DNA from: Chthoniobacterales bacterium
GTDB lineage: Bacteria; Verrucomicrobiota; Verrucomicrobiia; Chthoniobacterales; Chthoniobacteraceae
DNA length: 64,000 nt
Direction: 5' to 3'
Assembly: GCA_038207335.1 (NCBI GenBank)
Contig: JBBQZX010000005.1
Span: forward strand, 64,001 to 128,000
This document shows, piece by piece, positions 43,199 through 51,662 of the stretch. Position 1 is the stretch's first letter; every line of letters begins with the position of its first letter. The notes under the pieces are model-generated. The model was given only the letters and a program-made list of their open reading frames with translations. It was not told where the DNA came from and made no database searches. Position numbers and translations under genes: made by a program.

Positions 43199-44200
43199 AT
43201 GGACAAAAACGAAATGCGTCTCGATCCGCTGACTGGCGTGTGGACGCTGTTTTCATCGGCTCGCGCGGGGCGTCCGTTTTTCGATTCCGCGAGCGCGGAG
43301 GGTGCGCCGGATCCGTTCGTTGCGGGGTGCGAGATGCACGCGCCGCACGCGCTTCACCAGATGCCGGAGGATGAGGGATGGCGGGTGCGCGTGGTGCCGA
43401 ATCGCGCTCCAGTGCTTCGCGTGGAGGGGGATGCGTCGCGACGTGGGGATGGGATTTACGACCGGATGGATGGCGTCGGTGCGCATGAGGTGATCGTCGA
43501 GGACGCAGGAAGTCGTGCGCTCTGCGAGCTTTCACGGAGCGAGATCGAGCAGGTGATTTCGGCGTGGAAAACTCGGATGCTCGACCTGATGCGCGATCCG
43601 CGCATGCGTTCCTTTTCGATCGTGAAAAACGTGGGGCGCGCGGCCGGGGCGCGGGTGGATCATTCGGTGAGCCAGCTCATCGCGATGGCGGTGATCCCGC
43701 CGCTGCTGCGTCGTAAGCTTGAAGCCGCGCGCGATTTTTATGATCGGAAAAAGCGCTCTATTTTCGACGACATCCTCGCCGAAGAGGTGCGCGCCGGGAC
43801 GCGGCTGGTGTATGAAAACAATGGGTTTGCGGTCTTCTGCCCGTATGCGTCGCGCGCGCCGTTCGAGCTGGCGATTTACCCGAAAAGGCAGTGCTCGGAT
43901 TTTCACGGGATCAGCGACCAGGAGTGCGCGCAATTCGCCGACGCCCTCGGTACCGCGCTGCGGAAGCTCGTGCGCGCGCTCGACGGACCCGCGTATCATC
44001 TCATGCTTTTCACGGCACCGACGCGCACCGACAGGCGCGACCATTGGACGACTATCGAGCGGGACTTCCGCTGGCATGTGGAAATCCTGCCGCGGCTCGA
44101 GCCCGTCAGCGCACTGGAACTCGGCACGGGCTGCTGGGTGAATGGCGTGTGGCCCGAGGTCGCCGCGGAATTTCTCTGTGCGCTGGAGGTGGCGGAATGA
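43199..44200 (+). CDS. GalT-like (HIT superfamily) nucleotidyltransferase homolog with degenerate active site
   Basis: [39 protein letters not shown]. The HPH motif is replaced by HSV. Confidence 0.8.
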   Translation: MDKNEMRLDPLTGVWTLFSSARAGRPFFDSASAEGAPDPFVAGCEMHAPHALHQMPEDEGWRVRVVPNRAPVLRVEGDASRRGDGIYDRMDGVGAHEVIVEDAGSRALCELSRSEIEQVISAWKTRMLDLMRDPRMRSFSIVKNVGRAAGARVDHSVSQLIAMAVIPPLLRRKLEAARDFYDRKKRSIFDDILAEEVRAGTRLVYENNGFAVFCPYASRAPFELAIYPKRQCSDFHGISDQECAQFADALGTALRKLVRALDGPAYHLMLFTAPTRTDRRDHWTTIERDFRWHVEILPRLEPVSALELGTGCWVNGVWPEVAAEFLCALEVAE

Positions 44201-44469
44201 TCGGGCGCCAGATTTTCTACGAGGGGCGAGTGCAGGGCGTCGGATTCCGCTTCACGGTGAAGTCGCTGGCACGCGGATACGAGGTCGTCGGCTGGGTGAA
44301 AAATCTCGCCGACGGTCGCGTCGAGATGCAGGTGAGCGGCGAGCGCGGGGAGGTGGAGGGGTTCATCGAGGCGATCGCGGAGAGCGAGTTGAAGAGCCAC
44401 ATCAAGAGCGTCGAAGCGCACGCCGCGCCCGCGCTGGAAGGCGTGCGTGGCTTCGAGATCGCACGGTGA
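44197..44469 (+). CDS. acyP: acylphosphatase
   Basis: [21 protein letters not shown]. Confidence 0.92.
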   Translation: MIGRQIFYEGRVQGVGFRFTVKSLARGYEVVGWVKNLADGRVEMQVSGERGEVEGFIEAIAESELKSHIKSVEAHAAPALEGVRGFEIAR

Positions 44470-44589
44470 TCACCGTTGCTCCGGTCGAGTCCAATCCATA
44501 AATTTCTCGGATGAATACAGTCGCTGAGACTCGCCGGACCACCGAACGATTGAACATGGATCTCCGCAGAGCCTGAATTGCTACGAAGC

Positions 44590-45438
44590 GTGAGCGCCCC
44601 CGCGATTTCCATCCGAAACCTGACGAAGGTTTTCCCGATTCCGTTCAAGCGTGAGAGCGTGGTGGCGGTGAAGGAGCTGTCGCTCGAGGTCGAGTCGGGG
44701 CAGGTGTACGGGCTGCTCGGGCCGAATGGTTCGGGCAAAAGCACGACGATGAAAATCGTGCTCGGGCTCGTCGCGCCGAGCTCGGGAAGCACGGAGATTT
44801 TCGGGCGCGATAGTCGGCGCGTGGAGAGCCGCGAGGACGTCGGATTTCTGCCGGAGAATCCGTACTTTTATAAATATCTCACGGGCACGGAGACGCTGGA
44901 TTTTTACGGAAAGCTGTGCGGGCTCGGTGGGAAAAAGCGGCGCGAACGGACGAGAGAATTGCTCAGTCTGGTCGGGCTCGAAAACGCCGCGGACCGGCGC
45001 ATCGGCGGATATTCCAAAGGGATGCTCCAGCGCATCGGACTCGCGCAGGCGCTCGTGCAGGAGCCGCGGCTGCTTGTGCTCGATGAGCCGACGGCGGGCG
45101 TCGATCCGGCGGGTTCGCGCGAGATTCGCGATCTTATTTTGGATTTCAAAATGCGCGGGATCACCGTGCTGCTGTGCTCACATTTGCTCGGGCAGGTGCA
45201 GGAAATCTGCGACCGTGTGGGCATTCTGCATCGGGGCGTGCTGGTGCGCGAAGGCCGGCTCGAGGAACTGATATCGATCGGGAACCAGACGGAGCTGATT
45301 TTGGAAAACGCGTCGCCGGATGTGCTCGCGGAAGTCGAGCAGGTGATCGCTCGGGGACATGGGAGAGTCGTGGAAAAGCGAAAGCCGCAAACGACGCTGG
45401 AGCGGTATTTTCTCAAAGTGACGGGAGGCGAGGAATGA
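44590..45438 (+). CDS. ABC transporter ATP-binding protein
   Basis: GPNGSGKST, YSKGMLQR, LVLDEP, CSH. Confidence 0.92.
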   Translation: MSAPAISIRNLTKVFPIPFKRESVVAVKELSLEVESGQVYGLLGPNGSGKSTTMKIVLGLVAPSSGSTEIFGRDSRRVESREDVGFLPENPYFYKYLTGTETLDFYGKLCGLGGKKRRERTRELLSLVGLENAADRRIGGYSKGMLQRIGLAQALVQEPRLLVLDEPTAGVDPAGSREIRDLILDFKMRGITVLLCSHLLGQVQEICDRVGILHRGVLVREGRLEELISIGNQTELILENASPDVLAEVEQVIARGHGRVVEKRKPQTTLERYFLKVTGGEE

Positions 45439-45508
45439 AAGGGGATTCAGCCTTCGAGCCCGCTACAGGCGGCTTCCGCACCGAAAAAGCCGCCACACTT
45501 TCACCGCG

Positions 45509-46405
45509 ATGAACGCCCCCACAGCCCACCGCGCATTTTCCCCCGGCCGAATCTGGGCCATCGCGTCGAACACTCTCCTCGAGCTCGTCCGGCTGAAGGT
45601 CTTCTACTTCATGCTGCTCTTCGCGCTGCTCATCATCGGCAGCTCGCTGTTCATGGTGAACTTCACGTTCCAGCAGCAATTCCAAGTGCTCAAAGACGTC
45701 TCGCTCGGCGCGATGTCCATCTTCACCTGGCTCCTCGCGGTGCTTGCCACCGCGATGTTGCTGCCGAACGACATCGAGGATCGCACCCTCTACACGATCC
45801 TCGCGAAGCCCGTCCCGCGGCTCGAATACATTCTCGGCAAACTCCTCGGCGTGCTGCTGCTGCTGGCCGTCGCGATCACGCTCATGACCGCCGTTTTCTG
45901 CATCGTGCTCTACGCGCGCGAGCAGATGGTGCTCGCCGAAACCGCGCGAGTCGAAGCGCCGTCCGACGAACTCGCCGCCGCGCTCGCGAACGTCAAAGCC
46001 TCGACCTTCAACGCCAACCTCATCCCCGGCATCCTCATCATTTATCTAAAGGCTGCGGTGTGCGCCGCGCTCACGCTCCTCATCTCGACTTTCGCGTCGT
46101 CCTCCATCTTCACGATCATCGTTTCGGTCGTCGTTTATTTCATCGGCCACCTCCAGCCGATCGCCCGCGAGTATTGGCTCGCCGCGCTTCCCGGTGGCGC
46201 CGATCCGTCGCCTTTTTTGAAAGTGCTGCTCGGTCTTGTCGCGCTCGTCTTCCCCGATTTTCAGCTCTTCAATCTCGTCGATGACATCGTGGTCGGGAAT
46301 GCCGTGCCGCTCGCGATGTTCCTGAAAACGGCGGGGCTCGGGCTCGGCTACATCAGCATCTATACGCTGGTCGCGTATCTGTTTTTTGCAAACAAGGAAC
46401 TGTGA
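45509..46405 (+). CDS. ABC-2-type transporter permease
   Basis: Multiple TM helices, IEDRTLYTILAKPV.R.EYILGK. Confidence 0.85.
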   Translation: MNAPTAHRAFSPGRIWAIASNTLLELVRLKVFYFMLLFALLIIGSSLFMVNFTFQQQFQVLKDVSLGAMSIFTWLLAVLATAMLLPNDIEDRTLYTILAKPVPRLEYILGKLLGVLLLLAVAITLMTAVFCIVLYAREQMVLAETARVEAPSDELAAALANVKASTFNANLIPGILIIYLKAAVCAALTLLISTFASSSIFTIIVSVVVYFIGHLQPIAREYWLAALPGGADPSPFLKVLLGLVALVFPDFQLFNLVDDIVVGNAVPLAMFLKTAGLGLGYISIYTLVAYLFFANKEL

Positions 46406-47172
46406 TGTGGAGGACGCGCCTGATCGCCATGGCTGTGCTGGCGCTATTTGGCGCGGGGAAAATGCGCTTCGAGCAGCAACTCGCTGACGAGCACCGCGCC
46501 GCATTTTTCCACACAGCAAAGCTCGATCTCAGCCTGAGGCAGCAGCTCGGGCAGATGGGATTCCTCGCCGCGCTCAGCGGCTTTCGCGCGGTGCTCGCGG
46601 ACATTCTTTGGCTGCAGGCGCACGCGGCTTGGGAGCGCACGGAGTGGGGACGAATGAAGCTGCTTTTCGACACCGTCACCGCGCTCCAGCCGCGCGCGAT
46701 GTTCTTTTGGGACATGGCCGCGTGGCACATGGCGTGGAATGCGAGCGTCGCCGCGCGAGAGGACAAGACGCAGCCGCGCGAGGCCCTGCGGATCAAGGCG
46801 CAGCGCGAGTATTTCAAAGTCGGCGAAGATTTTCTGCTGCGCGGAATCCAGAATAATCCTGATCGTCCTCTGCTCTACGACGCGCTCGGGCGGCTCTACC
46901 GGGACAAATTTAACGACCACGCGAAGTCGGCCGAGGCTTACGAAAAGGCCGCGAGTTTTCCCGAAGCGCCGGAGTATGACAGGCGATTCGCGGCCTACGA
47001 AATGGCGCAGGTGCCGGGCCGCGAGCGCGAGGCATACAACCGGCTTACGGAGTTTTATCGCATGGGTGAAAAGGAGCGTCTCCCGACGCTGCTGCGACTT
47101 TTGCGCGAGCTGGAGGTGAAATTGAACGTGCCTCCCGCGCAGAGAATCCCCAAAGTGGAGTCCCCACATTGA
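46402..47172 (+). CDS. hypothetical membrane-anchored helical/TPR-like protein
   Basis: LSGFRAVLADILWL, AWHMAWN, FLLRGIQNNP. Overlaps both neighbours. Confidence 0.7.
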   Translation: MMWRTRLIAMAVLALFGAGKMRFEQQLADEHRAAFFHTAKLDLSLRQQLGQMGFLAALSGFRAVLADILWLQAHAAWERTEWGRMKLLFDTVTALQPRAMFFWDMAAWHMAWNASVAAREDKTQPREALRIKAQREYFKVGEDFLLRGIQNNPDRPLLYDALGRLYRDKFNDHAKSAEAYEKAASFPEAPEYDRRFAAYEMAQVPGREREAYNRLTEFYRMGEKERLPTLLRLLRELEVKLNVPPAQRIPKVESPH

Positions 47173-47894
47173 TGCGTTACGCCGTATTCGCCGACATCCA
47201 TGCAAATCTCGAAGCCCTCGAGGCAGTGCTCGCCGACGCCGAATCCCACGGCGTCACGCACTACGTCTGTCTCGGCGACGTGGTCGGCTACAACGCGAAT
47301 CCGCACGAATGCGTCGAGCGCGTGCGCGCGCTGGATTGCCCGGTGGTGAAGGGAAATCACGACGAGCAGGCATCCGTCACGGACGATCTCTCGGGCTTCA
47401 ATCCGCTCGCGGAGGAGGCGATCAACTGGACGCGCAAACATCTCACCGAGGAGGACAAAACCTGGCTGCGCGAGCTGAAAATGGTCCGGCAGGTGCGCGA
47501 CTTCACGATCGTCCACGCGACGCTAGATACGCCGCACAAGTGGGGCTACGTCTTCAATCAGCTCGATGCCGCCGCGAGCTTCAACTACCAGCACACGAAT
47601 ATCTGCTTCTACGGCCACACGCACGCGCCGCGCGCCTACGTTCGCGACGGCTCGGTAAAGAGCCAGGTGCTCGACAAACTGGCGATCGAGCCGGGGAAAA
47701 AATATTTCGTGAACGTCGGTAGCGTCGGCCAGCCGCGCGACGGCGACTGGCACGCCTCGTATTGCCTCTACTACCCGGACAAGCAGCTCGTAGAGGTGCG
47801 CCGCCTCGAGTACGACATCTGGACCGCGCAGGATAAAATCGTGGATGCTGGGCTTCCGCAACGGCTTGCGGACCGGCTGGCGCTTGGGAAGTGA
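47172..47894 (+). CDS. metallophosphoesterase (calcineurin-like)
   Basis: DIHAN, GDVVGY, GNHD, GHTH, NVGSVGQPRDGD. Confidence 0.92.
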   Translation: MRYAVFADIHANLEALEAVLADAESHGVTHYVCLGDVVGYNANPHECVERVRALDCPVVKGNHDEQASVTDDLSGFNPLAEEAINWTRKHLTEEDKTWLRELKMVRQVRDFTIVHATLDTPHKWGYVFNQLDAAASFNYQHTNICFYGHTHAPRAYVRDGSVKSQVLDKLAIEPGKKYFVNVGSVGQPRDGDWHASYCLYYPDKQLVEVRRLEYDIWTAQDKIVDAGLPQRLADRLALGK

Positions 47895-47898
47895 GACA

Positions 47899-47985
47899 GC
47901 TGATGGCTGATAGCTGTAGCTGATGGCTAATTGAAGTCGGCGCGCGTGCTTCCCGATCTATCAGCCGTCAGCCATCAGCCATCAG
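47899..47985. repeat. inverted arrays of a heptamer (GCTGATG / CATCAGC)
   Basis: gctgatg gctgata gctgta gctgatg ... ctatcagc cgtcagc catcagc catcag. Confidence 0.7.
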
Positions 47986-48923
47986 ACATACTCTGCATCA
48001 AGCCGAGTTCGCTCGGGGATGTCGTCCACGCGTTGCCCGCGGTGGCGCGGCTGAAGCGACGATGGCCTGCGAGCCATTTGCGCTGGCTCATCAATCCGGA
48101 ATGGGCATCGCTGCTGGAAGGGAATCCACATGTCGATGAAGTGGTGCTTTTCCCGCGCGGAGAGTTTCGTGGGCCGCGCGGGATTTTGAAAATCGTCCCG
48201 TGGGCGAGGGCGCTTCGGGGCAGCGTGCGGTCGGAACTCGTCGTCGATTTTCAGGGGCTGTTGCGCAGCGCGCTGATCGGGCGTGTGTGCCGACGCGAAA
48301 AGCTGCTCGGGCTCTCCGACGCCCGGGAAGGCGCGCGATATTTCTACGACCAAACGGCGGACGTGCGAGGCATCGCGCACGCCGTCGATCGCTACCTCGC
48401 GCTCGCCCGCTTCGCGATTGGTGAGGCTGACGACGCGCCGCTCGAATGGCCGCTGCCACAGGGTTCGGAGCCCGCGGGCTTCGATGAAAGCAAACCGTTC
48501 GTGCTGCTCCACCCGTTTTCCCGCGGCGCGGGAAAGTCTCTCTCCTCTGCCGATGTTGATGCGTTCTGCGCCGGGCTCGCGCCGATGCGAGTCGTCGTCG
48601 CCGGTCGCGCGGGTGAAACGTTCGCGCCGCTCGCAAATGTCACGGACCTCCTCAACCGCACATCGATTTCCGAACTCATCTGGCTCATCCGTCGCGCGGA
48701 ATTCGTCGTGAGCGTGGACAGCGGCCCAATGCACATCGCGGCCGCGATAACGTCGCGCCTGCTCTCCATCCACACATGGAGCGATCCCGAGAAAGTCGGC
48801 CCGTATCGCCGCGACGCATGGATTTGGAAAGACAGCCGCGTCTTCCAGCGAAACGCACCCACTGCCTCACGCCCGCTGGCGACTCCGGCAGAACTCGCCG
48901 CATTCATCCGCACGTTGCTGTAG
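47931..48923 (+). CDS. glycosyltransferase family 9 (LPS heptosyltransferase-like)
   Basis: IKPSSLGDVVH, DFQGLLRS, VDSGPMHIAAA. Start uncertain (47931 or 47946). Confidence 0.88.
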   Translation: MKSARVLPDLSAVSHQPSDILCIKPSSLGDVVHALPAVARLKRRWPASHLRWLINPEWASLLEGNPHVDEVVLFPRGEFRGPRGILKIVPWARALRGSVRSELVVDFQGLLRSALIGRVCRREKLLGLSDAREGARYFYDQTADVRGIAHAVDRYLALARFAIGEADDAPLEWPLPQGSEPAGFDESKPFVLLHPFSRGAGKSLSSADVDAFCAGLAPMRVVVAGRAGETFAPLANVTDLLNRTSISELIWLIRRAEFVVSVDSGPMHIAAAITSRLLSIHTWSDPEKVGPYRRDAWIWKDSRVFQRNAPTASRPLATPAELAAFIRTLL

Positions 48924-48968
48924 TCGGTATCGATGATCTCGCCCGCGGTATCACCGATACCGGCTACA
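48919..48968. repeat. REP-like GTAG palindrome
   Basis: TGTAGTCGGTATCGATGAT-N12-ATCACCGATACCGGCTACA, 17 of 19 positions complementary. Confidence 0.6.
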
Positions 48969-49022
48969 ACATCGCGCTTGAAGCCACCGCGCATCCCTCG
49001 TTTAGTGCGCCTCGCAGGACTC

Positions 49023-49112
49023 GGATGGGTGACAGAGTGGTCTATTGTGCTCGCCTGGAAAGCGTGTGTGCTTTTATCGGCACCGGGGGTTCGAATCCCC
49101 CCCCATCCGCCA
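49023..49112 (+). tRNA. tRNA-Ser(GGA)
   Basis: Acceptor GGATGGG/CCCATCC, anticodon loop CT-GGA-AA, long variable arm, GGGGG-TTCGAAT-CCCCC T arm, discriminator G and encoded CCA. Confidence 0.95.
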
Positions 49113-49132
49113 CCGCCGGATTTCACCCCGTT

Positions 49133-49179
49133 GTCACGCGTGTGACGCGAACGTGACGCGAACGTGACGTGCGGCTGAC
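49133..49179 (+). promoter_or_regulatory. putative Pho-box-like 11-bp periodic direct repeats
   Basis: GTGAC at 49142, 49153 and 49164, CTGAC at 49175 (unit GTGACGCGAAC), about 100 bp upstream of the phosphoesterase. Confidence 0.55.
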
Positions 49180-49279
49180 GCCACTCTGTGCGCATACTCC
49201 GAAGCACCCCGTCGCGTGCGTCCGGGAAAACAGCTTCCTTTTCCTCTCCACTCGCACCGTCGCGAAACTCACACATCGC

Positions 49280-50065
49280 ATGCTCAAAAAATACCGCACT
49301 GGCTGGATTTCCGACGTGCATCTCGGCACCCGCGGCAGCAATGCCGAGGCGCTGCTCGAGTTCCTGCGCGAAAACGAATTTGAGACACTCTACGTCGTCG
49401 GTGACCTCATCGACGTCTGGTCGCTGCGGCGCGGGATTTACTGGCCGCAGTCTCACAACGACGTCGTGCAAAAACTCCTGCGCGCCGCACGCAAAGGAAC
49501 GCGCGTCATCTACATCCCGGGAAATCACGACGAGTTTGTGAGCGGATTTCTCGGCTCCTACGGCAACATCCAGGTCTGCAACCGCGCGATCCACACGACC
49601 GCGGACGGGCGCCGAATCCTCGTCATCCACGGCCATGAACTCGACACCGTCGTGCAAAACATCAAGTGGCTTGCGCACATCGGCGACGTCGGATACCAGC
49701 TCCTGCTGAAGCTCAACACGCCCATCAACACGATCCGGCGACGGCTCGGCTTCGGATACTGGTCGCTCAGTGCCTACGTGAAAAAGCGGGTCAAAAACGC
49801 TGTCAGTTTCGTCGGGAAATTCGAAGACGCGATCATCCGATTTTCGTGTGAGGATAAAGTCGATGCCGTCCTCTGCGGGCACATTCACACCGCGGCGATT
49901 CGAGAGGAGGGCGAGACGGCGTATTACAATTCCGGCGACTGGGTCGAGAGCCGCACCGCGCTCGTCGAGGACTTCGATGGGAAAATTCACCTCCTCACCC
50001 ATCCTGCGCGAAGCTTGTATTCGAGCCCCTCCGCAGTCGAAAGAGAACTCGCGGTCGCCGGCTGA
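49280..50065 (+). CDS. LpxH-like metallophosphoesterase, PlcP (phosphate-starvation phospholipase C)-like
   Basis: SDVHLGTRG, VGDLID.W, YWPQSHNDVVQKLLR, PGNHD, HGH, YWSLSAYVK, CGHIH, NSGDWVES. Confidence 0.8.
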   Translation: MLKKYRTGWISDVHLGTRGSNAEALLEFLRENEFETLYVVGDLIDVWSLRRGIYWPQSHNDVVQKLLRAARKGTRVIYIPGNHDEFVSGFLGSYGNIQVCNRAIHTTADGRRILVIHGHELDTVVQNIKWLAHIGDVGYQLLLKLNTPINTIRRRLGFGYWSLSAYVKKRVKNAVSFVGKFEDAIIRFSCEDKVDAVLCGHIHTAAIREEGETAYYNSGDWVESRTALVEDFDGKIHLLTHPARSLYSSPSAVERELAVAG

Positions 50066-50073
50066 TATGGCGA

Positions 50074-50898
50074 TCAACCGTAGCGGCCTTCGATATATTC
50101 CGCGGTCTTTTCGTGCTTAGGTGAGAGGAAGAGATCTTCGGTGCGGGCGTGTTCGATGAATTCACCGAGCAGCATGAAGATGCACTCGTGCGAGGCTCGA
50201 CGCGCTTGCGCCATGTTGTGTGTGACGATCACGATCGTGAACCGCCCGGCGAGGCTCCACATGAGTTCCTCGATCGCGCGAGTGCCCTCGACATCAAGCG
50301 CGCTACATGGCTCGTCCATGAGGATGATCTCAGGCTTTAGCGGCAGCAGCCGCGCGATGCAGAGCTTCTGCTGCTGCTCGAGTTGCAGACTTGTGGCCTT
50401 GCTGTGAAGCCGGTCTTTGAGGTCGCGCCAGAGGTTCACTTCGGTCAGCGCCTTTTCCACCGCACCGTCGAGGTCGGACTTCTTTAAGCCGCCTTCGTTG
50501 TGGATGCGGAGGCCGAAGACCACGTTTTCATAAACGCTGATCGGCAGCGGATTCGGACGCTGAAAAACCATGCCGACGCTCTTTCGCAGCTCGGTGAGCG
50601 CGATGTCAGGGTCGTAGATGTTTTTGCCGTTCAGCAAGATTTCGCCCTTCGTGGTGACGTATCCGTAGCGCTCGTTCACCCGGTTGAAGCAGCGGAGCAG
50701 TGTTGTCTTTCCACATCCGCTCGGGCCGATGAGCGACGTGATTTGGCCGTGCTTGATATCGACGGTGATGCCCTTGAGCGCCTGGAATTTGGCGTACCAG
50801 AGCGACAGGTCGCGGGTTTGGATGCCGGGGGCCGGGGTCATCTCGCGGAGCATTCGGGAAGCGCCTGCGGCTGGCTGAACATCCTCTGCATCATCCAA
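50074..50898 (-). CDS. pstB: phosphate ABC transporter ATP-binding protein PstB (degenerate signature motif)
   Basis: GPSGCGKT, GMVFQRPNP, LMDEPCSALD, VTHNMAQA, YIEGRYG. Signature reads LQLEQ. Confidence 0.9.
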   Translation of the reverse strand: MDDAEDVQPAAGASRMLREMTPAPGIQTRDLSLWYAKFQALKGITVDIKHGQITSLIGPSGCGKTTLLRCFNRVNERYGYVTTKGEILLNGKNIYDPDIALTELRKSVGMVFQRPNPLPISVYENVVFGLRIHNEGGLKKSDLDGAVEKALTEVNLWRDLKDRLHSKATSLQLEQQQKLCIARLLPLKPEIILMDEPCSALDVEGTRAIEELMWSLAGRFTIVIVTHNMAQARRASHECIFMLLGEFIEHARTEDLFLSPKHEKTAEYIEGRYG

Positions 50899-51655
50899 AG
50901 ATCCCGTTCACGTATTCATAAGTCCGCCGGTCCGCGGGCTTGTCGCTGAAGATCACGTCGCTTGCGCCCATCTCGATGATCTCGCCATTCCACAAAAACA
51001 TCGTCCGCGCGGCGAGACGACGAGCCTGCTGCACGAGATTCGTCACGAGGATGATCGTCATCTCGCGCTTCAGCTCCTTCAGCACGTCCTCGATGCGCAT
51101 CGTGGTGACGGGGTCGATCGCGATGCTGAATTCGTCGAGGCACAAAATGTCGGGCGAATGCGAGAGCGCGCGGGCGATCGTAAGGCGCTGCTGCTGGCCG
51201 CCGGAGAGCTTCGTGCCGAGCGAATCGAGGCGGTCTTTCACCTCGTCCCACAGGGCGGCTTGGCGCAGGCATTTTTCCACGAGGCCGTCGAGGTCGCTGC
51301 GATTCGTGAGGCCGGCGGCGCGCGGCGCGAATGCGACGTTGTCGTAGATGCTGAGCGGCAGGCCGACGGGCAGCGGCGCGACCATGCCGATTTTGCGGCG
51401 AAGCTCGAAGACGTTGCGCATTTTCTGCACGTCCTCGCCATCGACGCGGATCGTGCCGCTCACGCGCGCCGCGGCGTTGAATTCGATAGTGCGGTTGATG
51501 CAGCGCAGCAGCGAGGTTTTGCCGGATTGCGCGGGGCCGATGATCCCGAGGATTTCATTTGGCTCGATGTGGAACCCGATGCCGTGAATGACTTCGTTCG
51601 CGCCGTAGCTGACGCGGAGATTCTCGACTTCGACTTTGTGTGCGCTGGTGTTCAT
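50891..51655 (-). CDS. pstB: second PstB-like ATP-binding protein (degenerate H-loop, Q-loop and D-loop)
   Basis: GPAQSGKT, AALWDEVKDRL, LSGGQQQRL, LDEFSIAIDP, VTNL, YVNGIFG. ATG at 51655. Confidence 0.85.
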   Translation of the reverse strand: MNTSAHKVEVENLRVSYGANEVIHGIGFHIEPNEILGIIGPAQSGKTSLLRCINRTIEFNAAARVSGTIRVDGEDVQKMRNVFELRRKIGMVAPLPVGLPLSIYDNVAFAPRAAGLTNRSDLDGLVEKCLRQAALWDEVKDRLDSLGTKLSGGQQQRLTIARALSHSPDILCLDEFSIAIDPVTTMRIEDVLKELKREMTIILVTNLVQQARRLAARTMFLWNGEIIEMGASDVIFSDKPADRRTYEYVNGIFG

Positions 51656-51662
51656 CGGCAGG

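Noticed and set aside
45468..45494. GGCGGCTT...AAGCCGCC hairpin as terminator
   Set aside because: Short stem without a U-tract, inside an apparent operon.
49142..49179. CRISPR-like repeat
   Set aside because: Units are 11 bp and contiguous, with no spacers or cas genes.
48392..50077. 561-aa minus-strand ORF
   Set aside because: Antisense to GT9, the tRNA and the phosphoesterase. No protein motifs.
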